From positions 224,001 through 288,000 of the forward strand of contig CAVPRW010000017.1 of assembly GCA_963707985.1 (NCBI GenBank): a stretch of 64,000 bases of DNA. The letters are read 5' to 3'. Of this stretch, positions 41,440-51,384 are shown one piece after another (position 1 is the stretch's first letter; each line of letters starts with the position of its first letter). The translations under genes and the position numbers were made by a program. The notes beneath the pieces were generated by a model. It made no database searches and was not told where the DNA came from. It saw only the letters and a program-made list of their open reading frames with translations. This stretch comes from an uncultured Nitrospinota bacterium. GTDB taxonomy: Bacteria; Tectomicrobia; Entotheonellia; J063; CAVPRW01.

Positions 41440-41880
41440 AGGTGATCCCTCCTCTCATCAACATGTGTTGGACTGCACGATTCGATGCCACCATTAACGC
41501 GAAGTCCCTAGACCGACAACGATCGGAACCCGCTGGCTCGATGAAGCCTCAGTGGCATTCCAGTCCACGGTTCGAATACCGCACAGCACGAGCCGTAGCA
41601 TACGCGGTGCGATGCCGCCAGACCTGATATTTGTCTGTGAATTGATACCTGAGATACTGGGATGTTGCCCTTGACGGGGCTGCCAGAAATGCAGAATGCT
41701 ACCTAAGGAGGCTAGCCTATGATGTCGCGGTAGCGATCCAAGCTGCGATACTGTGGGATTTTTTGCTAGTAAAAGTTTTAAAAACGCAAGGCATGATGAC
41801 CCGATGTCCGGCTACCCTGCGTTTTTGCTGCGAGCGGCTTCCCTAGAGGCGGGTGGCTGGAGGCGGGTGAGAGGAAAGCC

Positions 41881-43932
41881 CTATTTGCCAAGCCCGATTT
41901 TCTGGACCAGAGCAATAAACCGGGGGTCGGCACGCAGGCGGTCATAGACAGGATCAGCGTTGAGCAAGGTCAAATGGGGATCACGATCGCTATGGGCTTG
42001 CTCCAACCAGGTCAAGGCTTGCTCTGTCTCGTTCAGGCCGATGGCGATCCACGCAAAAGCCAAGGGCTTGACGTAGATGGTTTGGGCTTGCATGTGGAGT
42101 TCCGCCAACACTCGGCGGGCCTGGTCGTGCTGGCCGGATACGGCCAAGGCATAGCCAAGGTCCCACAGCGTCCAGGGGTCGCGCCCCCAGCGCTCGACCA
42201 TCTGCTGGCAGGCCGCCAGTGCTTCCGCAGCGAGACCCTGTTGCAATGAAGCGTACACCACGCCTGAATAGGCCATGCGCACGTTCGGGTCCATCGCCAG
42301 GGCCTTTTGGAAGTGTGCGAGCGCCCGGTCGTATTGGCGAGCCCAATAGAAGACCTGTCCAACACTGCGGGCGATCCCTGGGGACAGCGGATTCAGTTCC
42401 TGGGCCCGATGCATGACGGCAATGGCGTCCGGCTGTCGGCCCTGAGCGATCAAAAACCAGGCATAGCGCCGGTGCGTTGCGGCATCGTTGGGACTTAACG
42501 CCAGAGCGTGTTTAAAGGCCGTCTCCGCCCCGACCCAGTCCCAGGCATACCATAATTTCGCGCTGGCCATCGTCGTATGCACCTGCGCAATTGCCTCGCC
42601 ATGCTGCAAGGCCTGATCCACCGCAGCTAGCGCCTTGGGGAAGACCTCCAGGGGGCGAGTCGTCACCGATAGGAAGGGCAACAGGAGGTAGGCATCCGCC
42701 AAACCCGCGTATGCCAGTGCGAAGTTGGGGTCGCGGGCAATCGCTTGCTCAAAATACCCAATGGCCTGGCGCATACCGGCTTCGTTCCACTGGTTACGGA
42801 AGTAGCGCCCTTGCAAATACAAGGTGTAGGCCTCCAGATTCTCCGTGCCCGGGTCCTCAATCCGACGCTTCTCGCCGGCGGTCAGCTGCACCTTCAGCCG
42901 TTGCGCCACACGGGTGGCAATATCGCTTTGAATGCCAAACACCCCCGTCAGCTCCCGATCATACTCTTGGGACCACAGATAGCTCTGGCTGGCGACATCG
43001 ATGAGTTGTGCGCCAATCCGCACGTGATTGTCCGCGCGGCGGACGCTCCCTTCGAGAATCGTCCCGACTCGTAGCTCACGCCCGATGGTGGCGACATCTT
43101 TTAATGTTCCCTTATACTGCATCACCGAGGTCCGGGCGATTACCGTCAGGCCGTAAATCTGTGAAAGTTGTGCAATCAACTCCTCCGTCATGCCATCGGC
43201 GAAGTAGGCCCAGTCCCCTTCCGCACTGAGATCAATAAAGGGCAACACCGCGATCCTGGCCTTATCCAACGGCACTGCCAGTCGCTCGCGGACCACCTGC
43301 CAGAGGACCCATCCGCCCACGATCAGCAAGATCATGCTGGCCAGGGCCAGCCCCACACGGCCCACTCGCCCCCTCATGGATGATGGCCGACCCGTCGCCT
43401 CCCGTTCAGCTACGACGGTGGCCTGGCTCCCAGCGTCGCGTCCAATCTGCCCAGAATCACCATAGCTTGCCTTCCCTTGTCGTTCGCCGTCCAAGGCACC
43501 TCCGGGCTCTTGTGCGAGGGCCACAGGGGCCGTGACGACATCTGCCTGGCCGAAAGCGGACGCCCCCTGAAGCATCCGGCTGGTGGAAGCCAACGGTGCT
43601 GACACACCCGCACTCTTTGCCGGACACTCCTCCACGGAAGCGACAAAACGATACCCATAGCCGTGCAGCGTCTGTATGATGCTCTGGGCCTGTCCGCTGT
43701 CGCCCACCACCTGGCGTACTGTCCGGATGACCCCCTCCAAAGTTGCCTGACTAATGAACTGGTCCGGCCACACCTGGGTGCACAGCTCTTCCCGTGTGAC
43801 CACGCGGTCGCGGTGTTCCAGCAGACAGATACACACCCTGAACACTTTCGGTCGCAAGCGAATGGTCTGTCCACCGCGCTGCAACGTATACAGACTCGTG
43901 TCCAATTCACAGTCGCCAAATCGGTAGATCAT
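41881..43932 (-). CDS. Membrane-anchored regulator wHTH-TM-TolB-like-TPR (full-length paralog 1)
   Basis: wHTH, TM VGLALASMILLIVGGW, IAVLPFIDLS, EAYTLYLQGR..DPNFALAYAGLA TPRs, C-terminal DRLRADPRF. Confidence 0.9.
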   Translation of the reverse strand: MIYRFGDCELDTSLYTLQRGGQTIRLRPKVFRVCICLLEHRDRVVTREELCTQVWPDQFISQATLEGVIRTVRQVVGDSGQAQSIIQTLHGYGYRFVASVEECPAKSAGVSAPLASTSRMLQGASAFGQADVVTAPVALAQEPGGALDGERQGKASYGDSGQIGRDAGSQATVVAEREATGRPSSMRGRVGRVGLALASMILLIVGGWVLWQVVRERLAVPLDKARIAVLPFIDLSAEGDWAYFADGMTEELIAQLSQIYGLTVIARTSVMQYKGTLKDVATIGRELRVGTILEGSVRRADNHVRIGAQLIDVASQSYLWSQEYDRELTGVFGIQSDIATRVAQRLKVQLTAGEKRRIEDPGTENLEAYTLYLQGRYFRNQWNEAGMRQAIGYFEQAIARDPNFALAYAGLADAYLLLPFLSVTTRPLEVFPKALAAVDQALQHGEAIAQVHTTMASAKLWYAWDWVGAETAFKHALALSPNDAATHRRYAWFLIAQGRQPDAIAVMHRAQELNPLSPGIARSVGQVFYWARQYDRALAHFQKALAMDPNVRMAYSGVVYASLQQGLAAEALAACQQMVERWGRDPWTLWDLGYALAVSGQHDQARRVLAELHMQAQTIYVKPLAFAWIAIGLNETEQALTWLEQAHSDRDPHLTLLNADPVYDRLRADPRFIALVQKIGLGK

Positions 43933-44064
43933 GGCTTGTCGTCCCCCTAGAGAAGGGGCTGGATCGCGATGCCATCCACGCAATCCTGGGAGATGAACCA
44001 ACGCCTTGTAGAAGGGGTCATCTGTGCTGAGTGGCACATCACGGTGCCGCCTCGCACAGCAAGC

Positions 44065-44172
44065 TTAGATGCGGGTCAGTAGCTGCGGCCTTACTAGGAA
44101 GCGAGGTATAAATAAAGGAAGTGCATATATAGCCTGGGAGGTGGACGACGGCATGAAGTGCATTTGTCGCAT
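44065..44172 (-). CDS. Putative 35-aa leader peptide upstream of regulator 1
   Basis: AAAGGAG RBS; MRQMHFMPSSTSQAIYALPLFIPRFLVRPQLLTRI*; followed by a hairpin. Confidence 0.45.
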   Translation of the reverse strand: MRQMHFMPSSTSQAIYALPLFIPRFLVRPQLLTRI

Positions 44173-44300
44173 CGGCAGGCTCCTTTGAGGGTGCTGCGAC
44201 ACCGGCTCCGCCTCAGGGTCTCTCGATCTCTGCTGGACTCCAATACAACCCTAAGCTATTTCAGCATCCAAGCGCTGCAGGATTAGCATGAGATGGCGGG

Positions 44301-44329
44301 ACTATAGATGAGCCTCTCGACGGTGTCAA
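44301..44329 (-). promoter_or_regulatory. Sigma70 promoter with AT-rich UP element
   Basis: TTGACA-17 nt-TATAGT. Confidence 0.7.
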
Positions 44330-44540
44330 CAAAAATATTATATTCTGTGATGCAACCTTCACCTTCGCTACCAAGACGCATACATTTGTCCTGATTTTTC
44401 TGGATTTTCCTCAATTATCTGGCTATGAGGCGTCCATCGGTCCGACATCCTGGCGCAGTGTGATCGTTGCGGCTCTGGCCTCCATTTGCCCTCCCTCCAG
44501 TGCGGAACCAGCGGACCGTGTTGGCCATGGGCTCACATCG

Positions 44541-44625
44541 ATTCCCCCTGTTGATCAAGGGGGGAGGAACTGACCAGGTCCGGCAGCTGACGAAATCCCC
44601 CCATCCCCATTTTACAAAATGGGGC
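44541..44625. repeat. REP-like palindromes
   Basis: CCCCCTGTTGATCAAGGGGGG and CCCCATTTTACAAAATGGGG; similar to the element at 36361. Confidence 0.45.
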
Positions 44626-45055
44626 GGACTATGGGAGGTACTGCCTGGCCAAGGAGGTCTCCTGAACATGTACTAAAATAAAACTCTCGCGAGGGTGGGT
44701 TTTTTCTAATGTGGGACGCATACACGCTTCCGGCAGCGTCTCGTTTCATCTTGACCGGAGCTTCTATATATGCGATAGTTATAACTGATCTTCTGTACGC
44801 TGGTTGAGTTCCTCAATCTCCTCGAACCAGCTATCACTATACTCGTGTTCGCGTCAACTGTGTGGAGGAAGATCCTTCGGTAAGGGTTCACCCCCTCTCT
44901 TCTACAATCATCTTAACGGTTCAACTTCTCTACTTTTCGTAATCTCTGCAGCGTATGAGGAAAGACCTGGGAGTGCAGACTCCCGGTAACTGGCAGAAGG
45001 CCTTGCTTCATCTAACAGTCGTTGCTCATCCCCGGAAATATCAGGAGGAGACGAT

Positions 45056-46462
45056 ATGCCACTCACCGATCTACAATTGATGGCACACCTGTTTCGGCGC
45101 GCCGGCTTCGGTGCTGCGCGCGATGAGCTCGAAAAAGCCGTGTCCAAGGGCTATGAGGCCACGGTCGAGGAATTGCTGCACCCCGAGATCGCCCCTCCAG
45201 TCGAGGAAGACGTCCTGCAACGTTATTACCTGGATGCCAAGGAGTCGTTCCAACTCGACGGCGCCCAAATCGGCTGGGTCTACCGCCTGATCAACACCCA
45301 GCGGCCCCTGGAGGAGAAGATGGCTCTCTTCTGGCATGGGCTGTTTGCCACTGGTTTCAACAAGTGCGACGACCCGCGGGTCATCACCCAGCAGGTCGCG
45401 ATGCTCCGTCGTCACGGCCTGGGCAGCTTTCGTGAGCTCGTGGTGGAACTGTCCAGAGACCCGGCGATGATTTTCTGGCTGGATAACTGCGAGAGCACCG
45501 GGGTGGCCCCCAACGAAAATTATGGGCGCGAGTTGCTGGAGCTATTCTCCATGGGCATCGGCAACTATCTCGAGGACGACGTCAAAGCCGCCGCCCGCGC
45601 CTTTACCGGTTGGACTCTTGCGCCAACCCTGCCGCGCCAGCCGTACGGACGCTTCGACTGGCATTTTGAGTATCGGCCCGAGCTACACGACGACAGCGAG
45701 AAGACCTTCCTTGGCGAAACCGGGCGCTGGAACGGCGAGGATATCGTCAACATCATCGTCAAACAGCCGGCGAGCGCGCGCTTTATCGCTCGGCATCTGT
45801 ACAATTTCTTCGTCGCCGATGAGCCCCAGGTGCCCGCTTGGTCCATCGAGCCGCCGCGCGACCCACAGGCGGTTGAGACCCTGGCGACCGCCTTCCGTGA
45901 GTCGCACTATGACATGCGCTCGGTCATGCGCACGCTCTTCCTGTCGGATTTCTTCCGCTCCGAGGCGGCCTATTTCGCCAAGGTTAAGAGTCCCGTGGAG
46001 CACGTCATCGGCACCATGCGGTTGGTCAAGGATTTCACCTTCCCCAAGCTCGGCCTGCGCGAGATCGCCCTGGAGTGCCGGTACATGGGACAGGATTTGC
46101 TGAATCCCCCCAGCGTCGAGGGCTGGCATACCGGCAAGGAGTGGATCGATACCGGCTGTTTGGTGGAACGCATCAACTTTGCGGCCCAGCAGGTTAAGGA
46201 TGTCACCAAGCCAGGCGTGGGCTTGATCATTGACCGACTCAAGGCTGTGAGCCCGCTGTCGCCGGAGCGTTTCGCCGACCTGTGTGTCGAGCTTGTCGGG
46301 CCGCTGACCGTGTCTCAGGAAACGCGCGACGCGCTGCTGCATTATGCCCGCTTGGGGGGTGACCTCCGCTTTGGCAGTGCCGATGAGGATCGTGTCGCTG
46401 CCCAGCGTGTCAGCGAGTTGCTGCAGCTCATCGTGGCTTCGCGTGAATTTCAATTGAATTAG
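45056..46462 (+). CDS. DUF1800 family protein
   Basis: HLFRRAGFG, EKMALFWHG, DPAMIFWLD, PNENYGRELLELFSMG, ARAFTGW, PPSVEGW. Confidence 0.9.
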   Translation: MPLTDLQLMAHLFRRAGFGAARDELEKAVSKGYEATVEELLHPEIAPPVEEDVLQRYYLDAKESFQLDGAQIGWVYRLINTQRPLEEKMALFWHGLFATGFNKCDDPRVITQQVAMLRRHGLGSFRELVVELSRDPAMIFWLDNCESTGVAPNENYGRELLELFSMGIGNYLEDDVKAAARAFTGWTLAPTLPRQPYGRFDWHFEYRPELHDDSEKTFLGETGRWNGEDIVNIIVKQPASARFIARHLYNFFVADEPQVPAWSIEPPRDPQAVETLATAFRESHYDMRSVMRTLFLSDFFRSEAAYFAKVKSPVEHVIGTMRLVKDFTFPKLGLREIALECRYMGQDLLNPPSVEGWHTGKEWIDTGCLVERINFAAQQVKDVTKPGVGLIIDRLKAVSPLSPERFADLCVELVGPLTVSQETRDALLHYARLGGDLRFGSADEDRVAAQRVSELLQLIVASREFQLN

Positions 46463-46558
46463 AGAGAGTGCCGAGTGAAGAAATCACCCGAAGCTCTGCC
46501 CTCGGAACGCCGCGTGTAGTCCTCAGGACTCAGCAATTCTGTTGAACGGGAGGCAACC

Positions 46559-47713
46559 ATGACAAATCAGACTACCAACGGCAAACCCCCTACCCTGGTC
46601 GTACTGCAGATGGCCGGGGCCAACGATTATCTGAATACCGTGATCCCCTACTCGAATCCGTTGTATTACGACAATCGGCCGACTGTACGCATTCCGGAAG
46701 ATCAAGTGCTGCAAATCGATGATCAGCTCGGCTTCCACCCCAGCATGCGTACCATCAAACGCCTCTATGACGAAGGGAAAGTCGCCATTATCCATGGCAT
46801 CGGCTATCCCAACCCCAATTACTCACATTTTCGCTCCACCGACATCTGGTATACCTGCGAGCCGGATAAAGTCTCTTCGGAGGGGTGGCTGGGCAAAGCC
46901 GTGCGCGATCTTGACCCCAAGGGCGAGAATGTGCTCACCGCGGTCAATTTCGGACGGGGCATGCCGCGCGCCCTGGCCCTGCGCGGCGTACCTGTGGCGT
47001 CGGTGGCGCAGCTCGACACCTATGGTGTCCTGTCGACCCTGACAGGCGCGACACGACCACTGGTGATGGAAGCCTTTACCCGCATGTACAGCGGTCCAGG
47101 GGCTGGGAACGAGGTGCTGCGCTATATGGGCCAGACCGGGCTGGATGCGCAGAAAGGGGCGGATATCCTGCGATCGGCCGCCGACAAGTACGCTTCCACC
47201 GTGCAATATCCCGAGGGCAACCCGGTTGCCGCCAACCTCAAGGCGGTGGCCCAGGTGAAGTTCGCCGACCTCGGCACGCGCATCTTCTATACCGCTCATG
47301 GTAGCTTCGATACGCATGCCTCCGAGCTGCCAGCGCATGCCAAGCTGTGGAAGGATGTCGATGGCGCCATTGACGTCTTCTTCCAGGATCTGCAGGCTCA
47401 TCAAGAGGCTGATAACACGATCATGCTGTTGTGGACGGAATTCGGCCGACGCGTTCGGGATAATGGCTCGGGCACCGACCATGGAGCCGGTGGCATGGCG
47501 ATGGTCATCGGCGAACAGGTCAAAGGTGGGATGTATTGCACGTATCCTTCGCTGCGGGACGCTGACCTGACCCAGCCATCGGAAGGCATGTTCGGTAACC
47601 TGCGCTATAACTACGATTTTCGGGGCCTGTACTCGACCATTCTGGAGCGCTGGTTGGGTCTCGACGCTAAGGCCATCGTCGGCGGATCATTTGAACAATT
47701 GGCCTTTGTCTAA
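46559..47713 (+). CDS. DUF1501 family protein without a Tat signal
   Basis: LVVLQMAGANDYLNTV, SHFRSTDIW, FDTHA, TEFGRRV, GTDHG. Confidence 0.9.
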   Translation: MTNQTTNGKPPTLVVLQMAGANDYLNTVIPYSNPLYYDNRPTVRIPEDQVLQIDDQLGFHPSMRTIKRLYDEGKVAIIHGIGYPNPNYSHFRSTDIWYTCEPDKVSSEGWLGKAVRDLDPKGENVLTAVNFGRGMPRALALRGVPVASVAQLDTYGVLSTLTGATRPLVMEAFTRMYSGPGAGNEVLRYMGQTGLDAQKGADILRSAADKYASTVQYPEGNPVAANLKAVAQVKFADLGTRIFYTAHGSFDTHASELPAHAKLWKDVDGAIDVFFQDLQAHQEADNTIMLLWTEFGRRVRDNGSGTDHGAGGMAMVIGEQVKGGMYCTYPSLRDADLTQPSEGMFGNLRYNYDFRGLYSTILERWLGLDAKAIVGGSFEQLAFV

Positions 47714-47851
47714 GAGGGCTGACGGGAACCGAAAATGGACGTGGCAGACCCGGATCATCGGCGCGTACCTGCGTACATCTGCGGTTCCAGAAGGGTGCTG
47801 CCAGTCGATCTTCGGCACTCGTCACGCAGCATTGTTTTCGGGGAGGCTTCC

Positions 47852-48814
47852 ATGAGCGCTAAGATCGGATTCCGCTACCACCAAACCATCGGCCTGCTGG
47901 CCCAGACCGGCCGAGGCTTTAGCCTACCTGTCGATTTCGCCTTTGGCCAGGGGGGTGTGTTATTTGTTGTCAACCGTGGCACACCCGTGCAACGCAATAC
48001 GCACGTCACCATCTGTACCGTGGATGGCGATTACCGGGCTGATTTTGGGACCTACGGTACTGGTGATGGCCAATTTATTTGGCCCACCGCCGCCGCCGTG
48101 GACCGTGATGGTTGCGTCTACATCAGCTCCGAGAGCGAACATCGCATTCAGAAGTTCAGCCCTAGCGGACAGTTTCTCGGGAAGTGGGGCACGCTGGGCG
48201 ACGGCGATGGGGAACTGAATGGCCCCTCAGCCATGGTTTTCGATCAGGAGGACCACCTCTTTGTCGTTGACCATCACAATAATCGAGTTCAAAAATTCAC
48301 CAAAGATGGGAAATTCTTGCTGAAGTGGGGCGAGAAGGGGGAAGGCGACGGTCAGTTCAATCTGCCCTGGGGTATCGGTCTCGATGCCGCCGGGAACGTC
48401 TACGTGGCCGATTGGCGCAATGACCGCGTGCAGAAATTCGATCCGGCCGGCACATTTCTCGCTGCCTTCGGGACGCCAGGCCACGACGATGGGGAGTTTC
48501 ATCGCCCCAGTAGCGTCGCCGTGGACGGGGATGGCAATATGTATGTCGCCGATTGGGGCAATAACCGGCTCCAGGTGTTGGGATCGGACGGCAGTTTCCG
48601 CGCCAAGCTATTGGGTGATGCGGGTCTTTCCAAGTGGGCCGCCGAATACCTCCCATCCAACCCGGATTACATGCAACAACGCGAAGTTGCCAAGAACCGT
48701 GAGGTGGAGCGCTTTCTGTGGGGACCCACCTCGGTCAAGCTTGACGCCGAGGGGCTGATCTATATCGTTGATAGCTGCCGGTATCGCCTGCAGATTTATC
48801 GCCGCGTCTATTAG
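47852..48814 (+). CDS. NHL-repeat beta-propeller protein
   Basis: Repeated GxGDGQFxxP..VYVADWxNxRVQKF units. Confidence 0.9.
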   Translation: MSAKIGFRYHQTIGLLAQTGRGFSLPVDFAFGQGGVLFVVNRGTPVQRNTHVTICTVDGDYRADFGTYGTGDGQFIWPTAAAVDRDGCVYISSESEHRIQKFSPSGQFLGKWGTLGDGDGELNGPSAMVFDQEDHLFVVDHHNNRVQKFTKDGKFLLKWGEKGEGDGQFNLPWGIGLDAAGNVYVADWRNDRVQKFDPAGTFLAAFGTPGHDDGEFHRPSSVAVDGDGNMYVADWGNNRLQVLGSDGSFRAKLLGDAGLSKWAAEYLPSNPDYMQQREVAKNREVERFLWGPTSVKLDAEGLIYIVDSCRYRLQIYRRVY

Positions 48815-49009
48815 CGGGACTGCCGATGCAGCGCCCGCGCTGCTGATTGCCAGGCCCGTGGTCGTTACCGATCCACGGGCCTGGACCGAACCTGAGATCA
48901 GCCAAATCTTGCACGTTGCTCTTCCCGCACTACTGATGGCTGTTAACCTAACCCTAAGTTCACTCGCCTCAAGGGACTCAATGACTATATCGCGCTCTGG
49001 AGCTATGGT

Positions 49010-49113
49010 CTGCAGAACGCCCTGCTGCCGGTGATCACGTTTGCCGTCACGCCTTTCGTCCAGTTCCTGGGGATGGGGACGGTGGTGACCGAGACGGTGT
49101 TTGCCTGGTCAGG
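49010..49113 (+). pseudogene. Remnant of a DppB-type peptide ABC permease
   Basis: Translates LQNALLPVITFAVTPFVQFLGMGTVVTETVFAWSG. Confidence 0.65.
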
Positions 49114-49222
49114 TGCTTATCAGACCGGATCAGAGTGAGGCGGTGAGCAGACGTCCAAATCCTGGTATACTCCGAGGCGAGGACGGGTGGATGCATCGAA
49201 TTCGCACAGAGGGAGGACAGCG

Positions 49223-49942
49223 ATGGCCGTGCCTGCACCTGAACACCAACCAGCCACAGCGCCAACCGTGGGGGACCAGCGTCTGCGGATGAGCTACGAA
49301 GAGTTTTTGGCCTGGGCAGATGAGGATGTGCATGCAGAGTGGGTGGACGGAGAGGTGATCGTACAGATGCCGCCGAAAGAGCCACACCAACGAGTTGTTG
49401 CCTTCCTGATACAATTGATGGGCCTGTTCATTCAGCTCTATAACTTAGGGCGGCTCCTACCCGCCCCCTTCGAGATGCGAGCATTCCCAGATGGCGCAGC
49501 ACGCGAGCCCGACCTGATCTTTATCGCCCGCGAGCACCTGGACCGGCTCAGTCAGGAACGTCTGAGCGGCCCTGCCGACCTCGTCGTCGAGGTGATTTCC
49601 GATGACAGCGTCGCCCGCGATCGCGCCGACAAGTTTTACGAATACCAGGAGGCGGGGGTGCGAGAATACTGGATCCTCGATTCCCGTCCTGGCCGCGAGC
49701 GCACGGACTTTTATGTGCTCGACGACAAGGGGCGCTATCGCCCCGTGCCGCCGGACGCCGACGGCCGTTACCAATCAACGGTCCTGCCGGGCTTCTGGCT
49801 CTATGTGGATTGGGTCACGTCGGTCGAGCCACCCGCCGTCTTGACGGCGCTGGCGCAGATCGTGGGACCGCAAAAACTGGTGGAGGCGATCGAAGCCAGC
49901 GCGGGGACAAGCAACGTCGACAGGACTACCGGCGTGTCCTGA
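49223..49942 (+). CDS. Uma2 (DUF820) family endonuclease-like protein
   Basis: EWVDGEV, REPDL, DLVVEVIS, GVREYWILD. Confidence 0.9.
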   Translation: MAVPAPEHQPATAPTVGDQRLRMSYEEFLAWADEDVHAEWVDGEVIVQMPPKEPHQRVVAFLIQLMGLFIQLYNLGRLLPAPFEMRAFPDGAAREPDLIFIAREHLDRLSQERLSGPADLVVEVISDDSVARDRADKFYEYQEAGVREYWILDSRPGRERTDFYVLDDKGRYRPVPPDADGRYQSTVLPGFWLYVDWVTSVEPPAVLTALAQIVGPQKLVEAIEASAGTSNVDRTTGVS

Positions 49943-50031
49943 GCGAGAGCGTGGCGGTGGTCCTCGCCCCCCAGGGACGAGGACATGTGATCGTGATCTT
50001 AATGTTCTTCAACTTCACCGCCAACGATGAC

Positions 50032-50343
50032 CTACTTTTTCTCGTCAAACACTTGCTTGGCGATCTGCACCGCATTGGCAGCCGTTGGCCAGCCACCGTA
50101 GAAGGCGACGTGGGTGATGATTTCACCGATCTCTTCTTGGGTGACGCCGTTATCGAGAGCGCGGCGGATGTGCCCACGCAACTGCTCGGTGCGATAGAGT
50201 GCCGTCAGGACGCCGACCGTGATCATACTGCGGTCGCGTTTGGAGAGCTCGGGACGTTCCCACACGTCGCCAAACAGTACATTTGCGGACAGCTCAGCCA
50301 ATTTTGGCGCAACCTCTTGTTGGGCAGTTCGTCCTTCAGCCAT
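50032..50343 (-). CDS. Carboxymuconolactone decarboxylase family protein
   Basis: LFGDVWERPELSKRDRS, HVAFYGGWP. Confidence 0.9.
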   Translation of the reverse strand: MAEGRTAQQEVAPKLAELSANVLFGDVWERPELSKRDRSMITVGVLTALYRTEQLRGHIRRALDNGVTQEEIGEIITHVAFYGGWPTAANAVQIAKQVFDEKK

Positions 50344-50502
50344 AACGACTCCTTTGCGCATGTATCATTGTCTCAGGACAGCACGAAAGTTCACGTGCGC
50401 GCAGTATACTATGGACGCGTCGAGAAGCATAGTGTCCGCGATCACACGACTCCCACAACCGCTCATCTAACCAAGGAGATCTCATTCAGGAGGCCCGTTC
50501 CT

Positions 50503-51264
50503 ATGGAGTGGATCACCGATCCGCAAGCCTGGATCGCGTTCGTCACCCTGGTAGCGCTTGAGCTCGTCCTCGGCATCGATAACGTCGTGTTCATCTCTAT
50601 CCTGGCGGGGAAACTGCCGGGCGACCAGCCGAAGAAAGCCCGCTTGTTAGGCTTGGGCCTGGCCATGCTGATGCGCATCGGCCTGCTGTTCTCGCTGTCC
50701 TGGATCATCGGGCTGACCGCACCGCTCCTGGTCATCATGGGCCACGAGCTGTCCGGGCGTGATCTGATCCTTATCGGCGGCGGCCTGTTCCTCATCGCCA
50801 AAAGCACGCATGAGATTCACCAGAAGCTCGAAGGCTCGGAAGGTGAGGCATCCGGGCGGGTCAGCGCGTCATTCGTCAGCACCATCGTGCAGATTCTTCT
50901 ACTGGACATCGTCTTTTCGCTGGACTCGGTCCTGACCGCCATCGGGATGGTGCAACAGATTGAGATCATGATCGCAGCCGTGGTCATTGCCGTCGTGTTC
51001 ATGATGCTTTTCGCCGGTGTCATCGGCGATTTTGTGCATCGCCATCCAACCGTCAAAATGTTGGCGCTGAGTTTCTTGCTGCTCATCGGTGTCATGTTGA
51101 TTGTCGATGGCTTCGGCCAGCATATCCCCCGCGGTTATATCTATTTTGCCATGGGGTTCTCGGTATTTGTTGAGATGCTCAATTTGCGCTTACGCAAAAC
51201 GCCTGCCCCACCCATTGAATTGCGCCAGCCTTATACCCCAGGGGTGAGACCTCAAACCCAGTGA
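50503..51264 (+). CDS. TerC family membrane protein
   Basis: LELVLGIDN, DIVFSLDSV, GYIYFAMGFS; GGAGG RBS. Confidence 0.9.
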   Translation: MEWITDPQAWIAFVTLVALELVLGIDNVVFISILAGKLPGDQPKKARLLGLGLAMLMRIGLLFSLSWIIGLTAPLLVIMGHELSGRDLILIGGGLFLIAKSTHEIHQKLEGSEGEASGRVSASFVSTIVQILLLDIVFSLDSVLTAIGMVQQIEIMIAAVVIAVVFMMLFAGVIGDFVHRHPTVKMLALSFLLLIGVMLIVDGFGQHIPRGYIYFAMGFSVFVEMLNLRLRKTPAPPIELRQPYTPGVRPQTQ

Positions 51265-51384
51265 GCTACCCGTGTCCACCCTAGCCCCGTGTATCGGGCT
51301 GAGAGCAGCGAGCAGAGATTGGACCTCACGAAGTCAACCACCAGATAGACCGTGGCCTAACGGTCAACAAGGGAGCCGCTACCG

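Noticed and set aside
49810..50502. N-terminal extension of the 484-aa TerC ORF
   Set aside because: Overlaps Uma2 and the antisense CMD gene; the RBS and family start are at 50503
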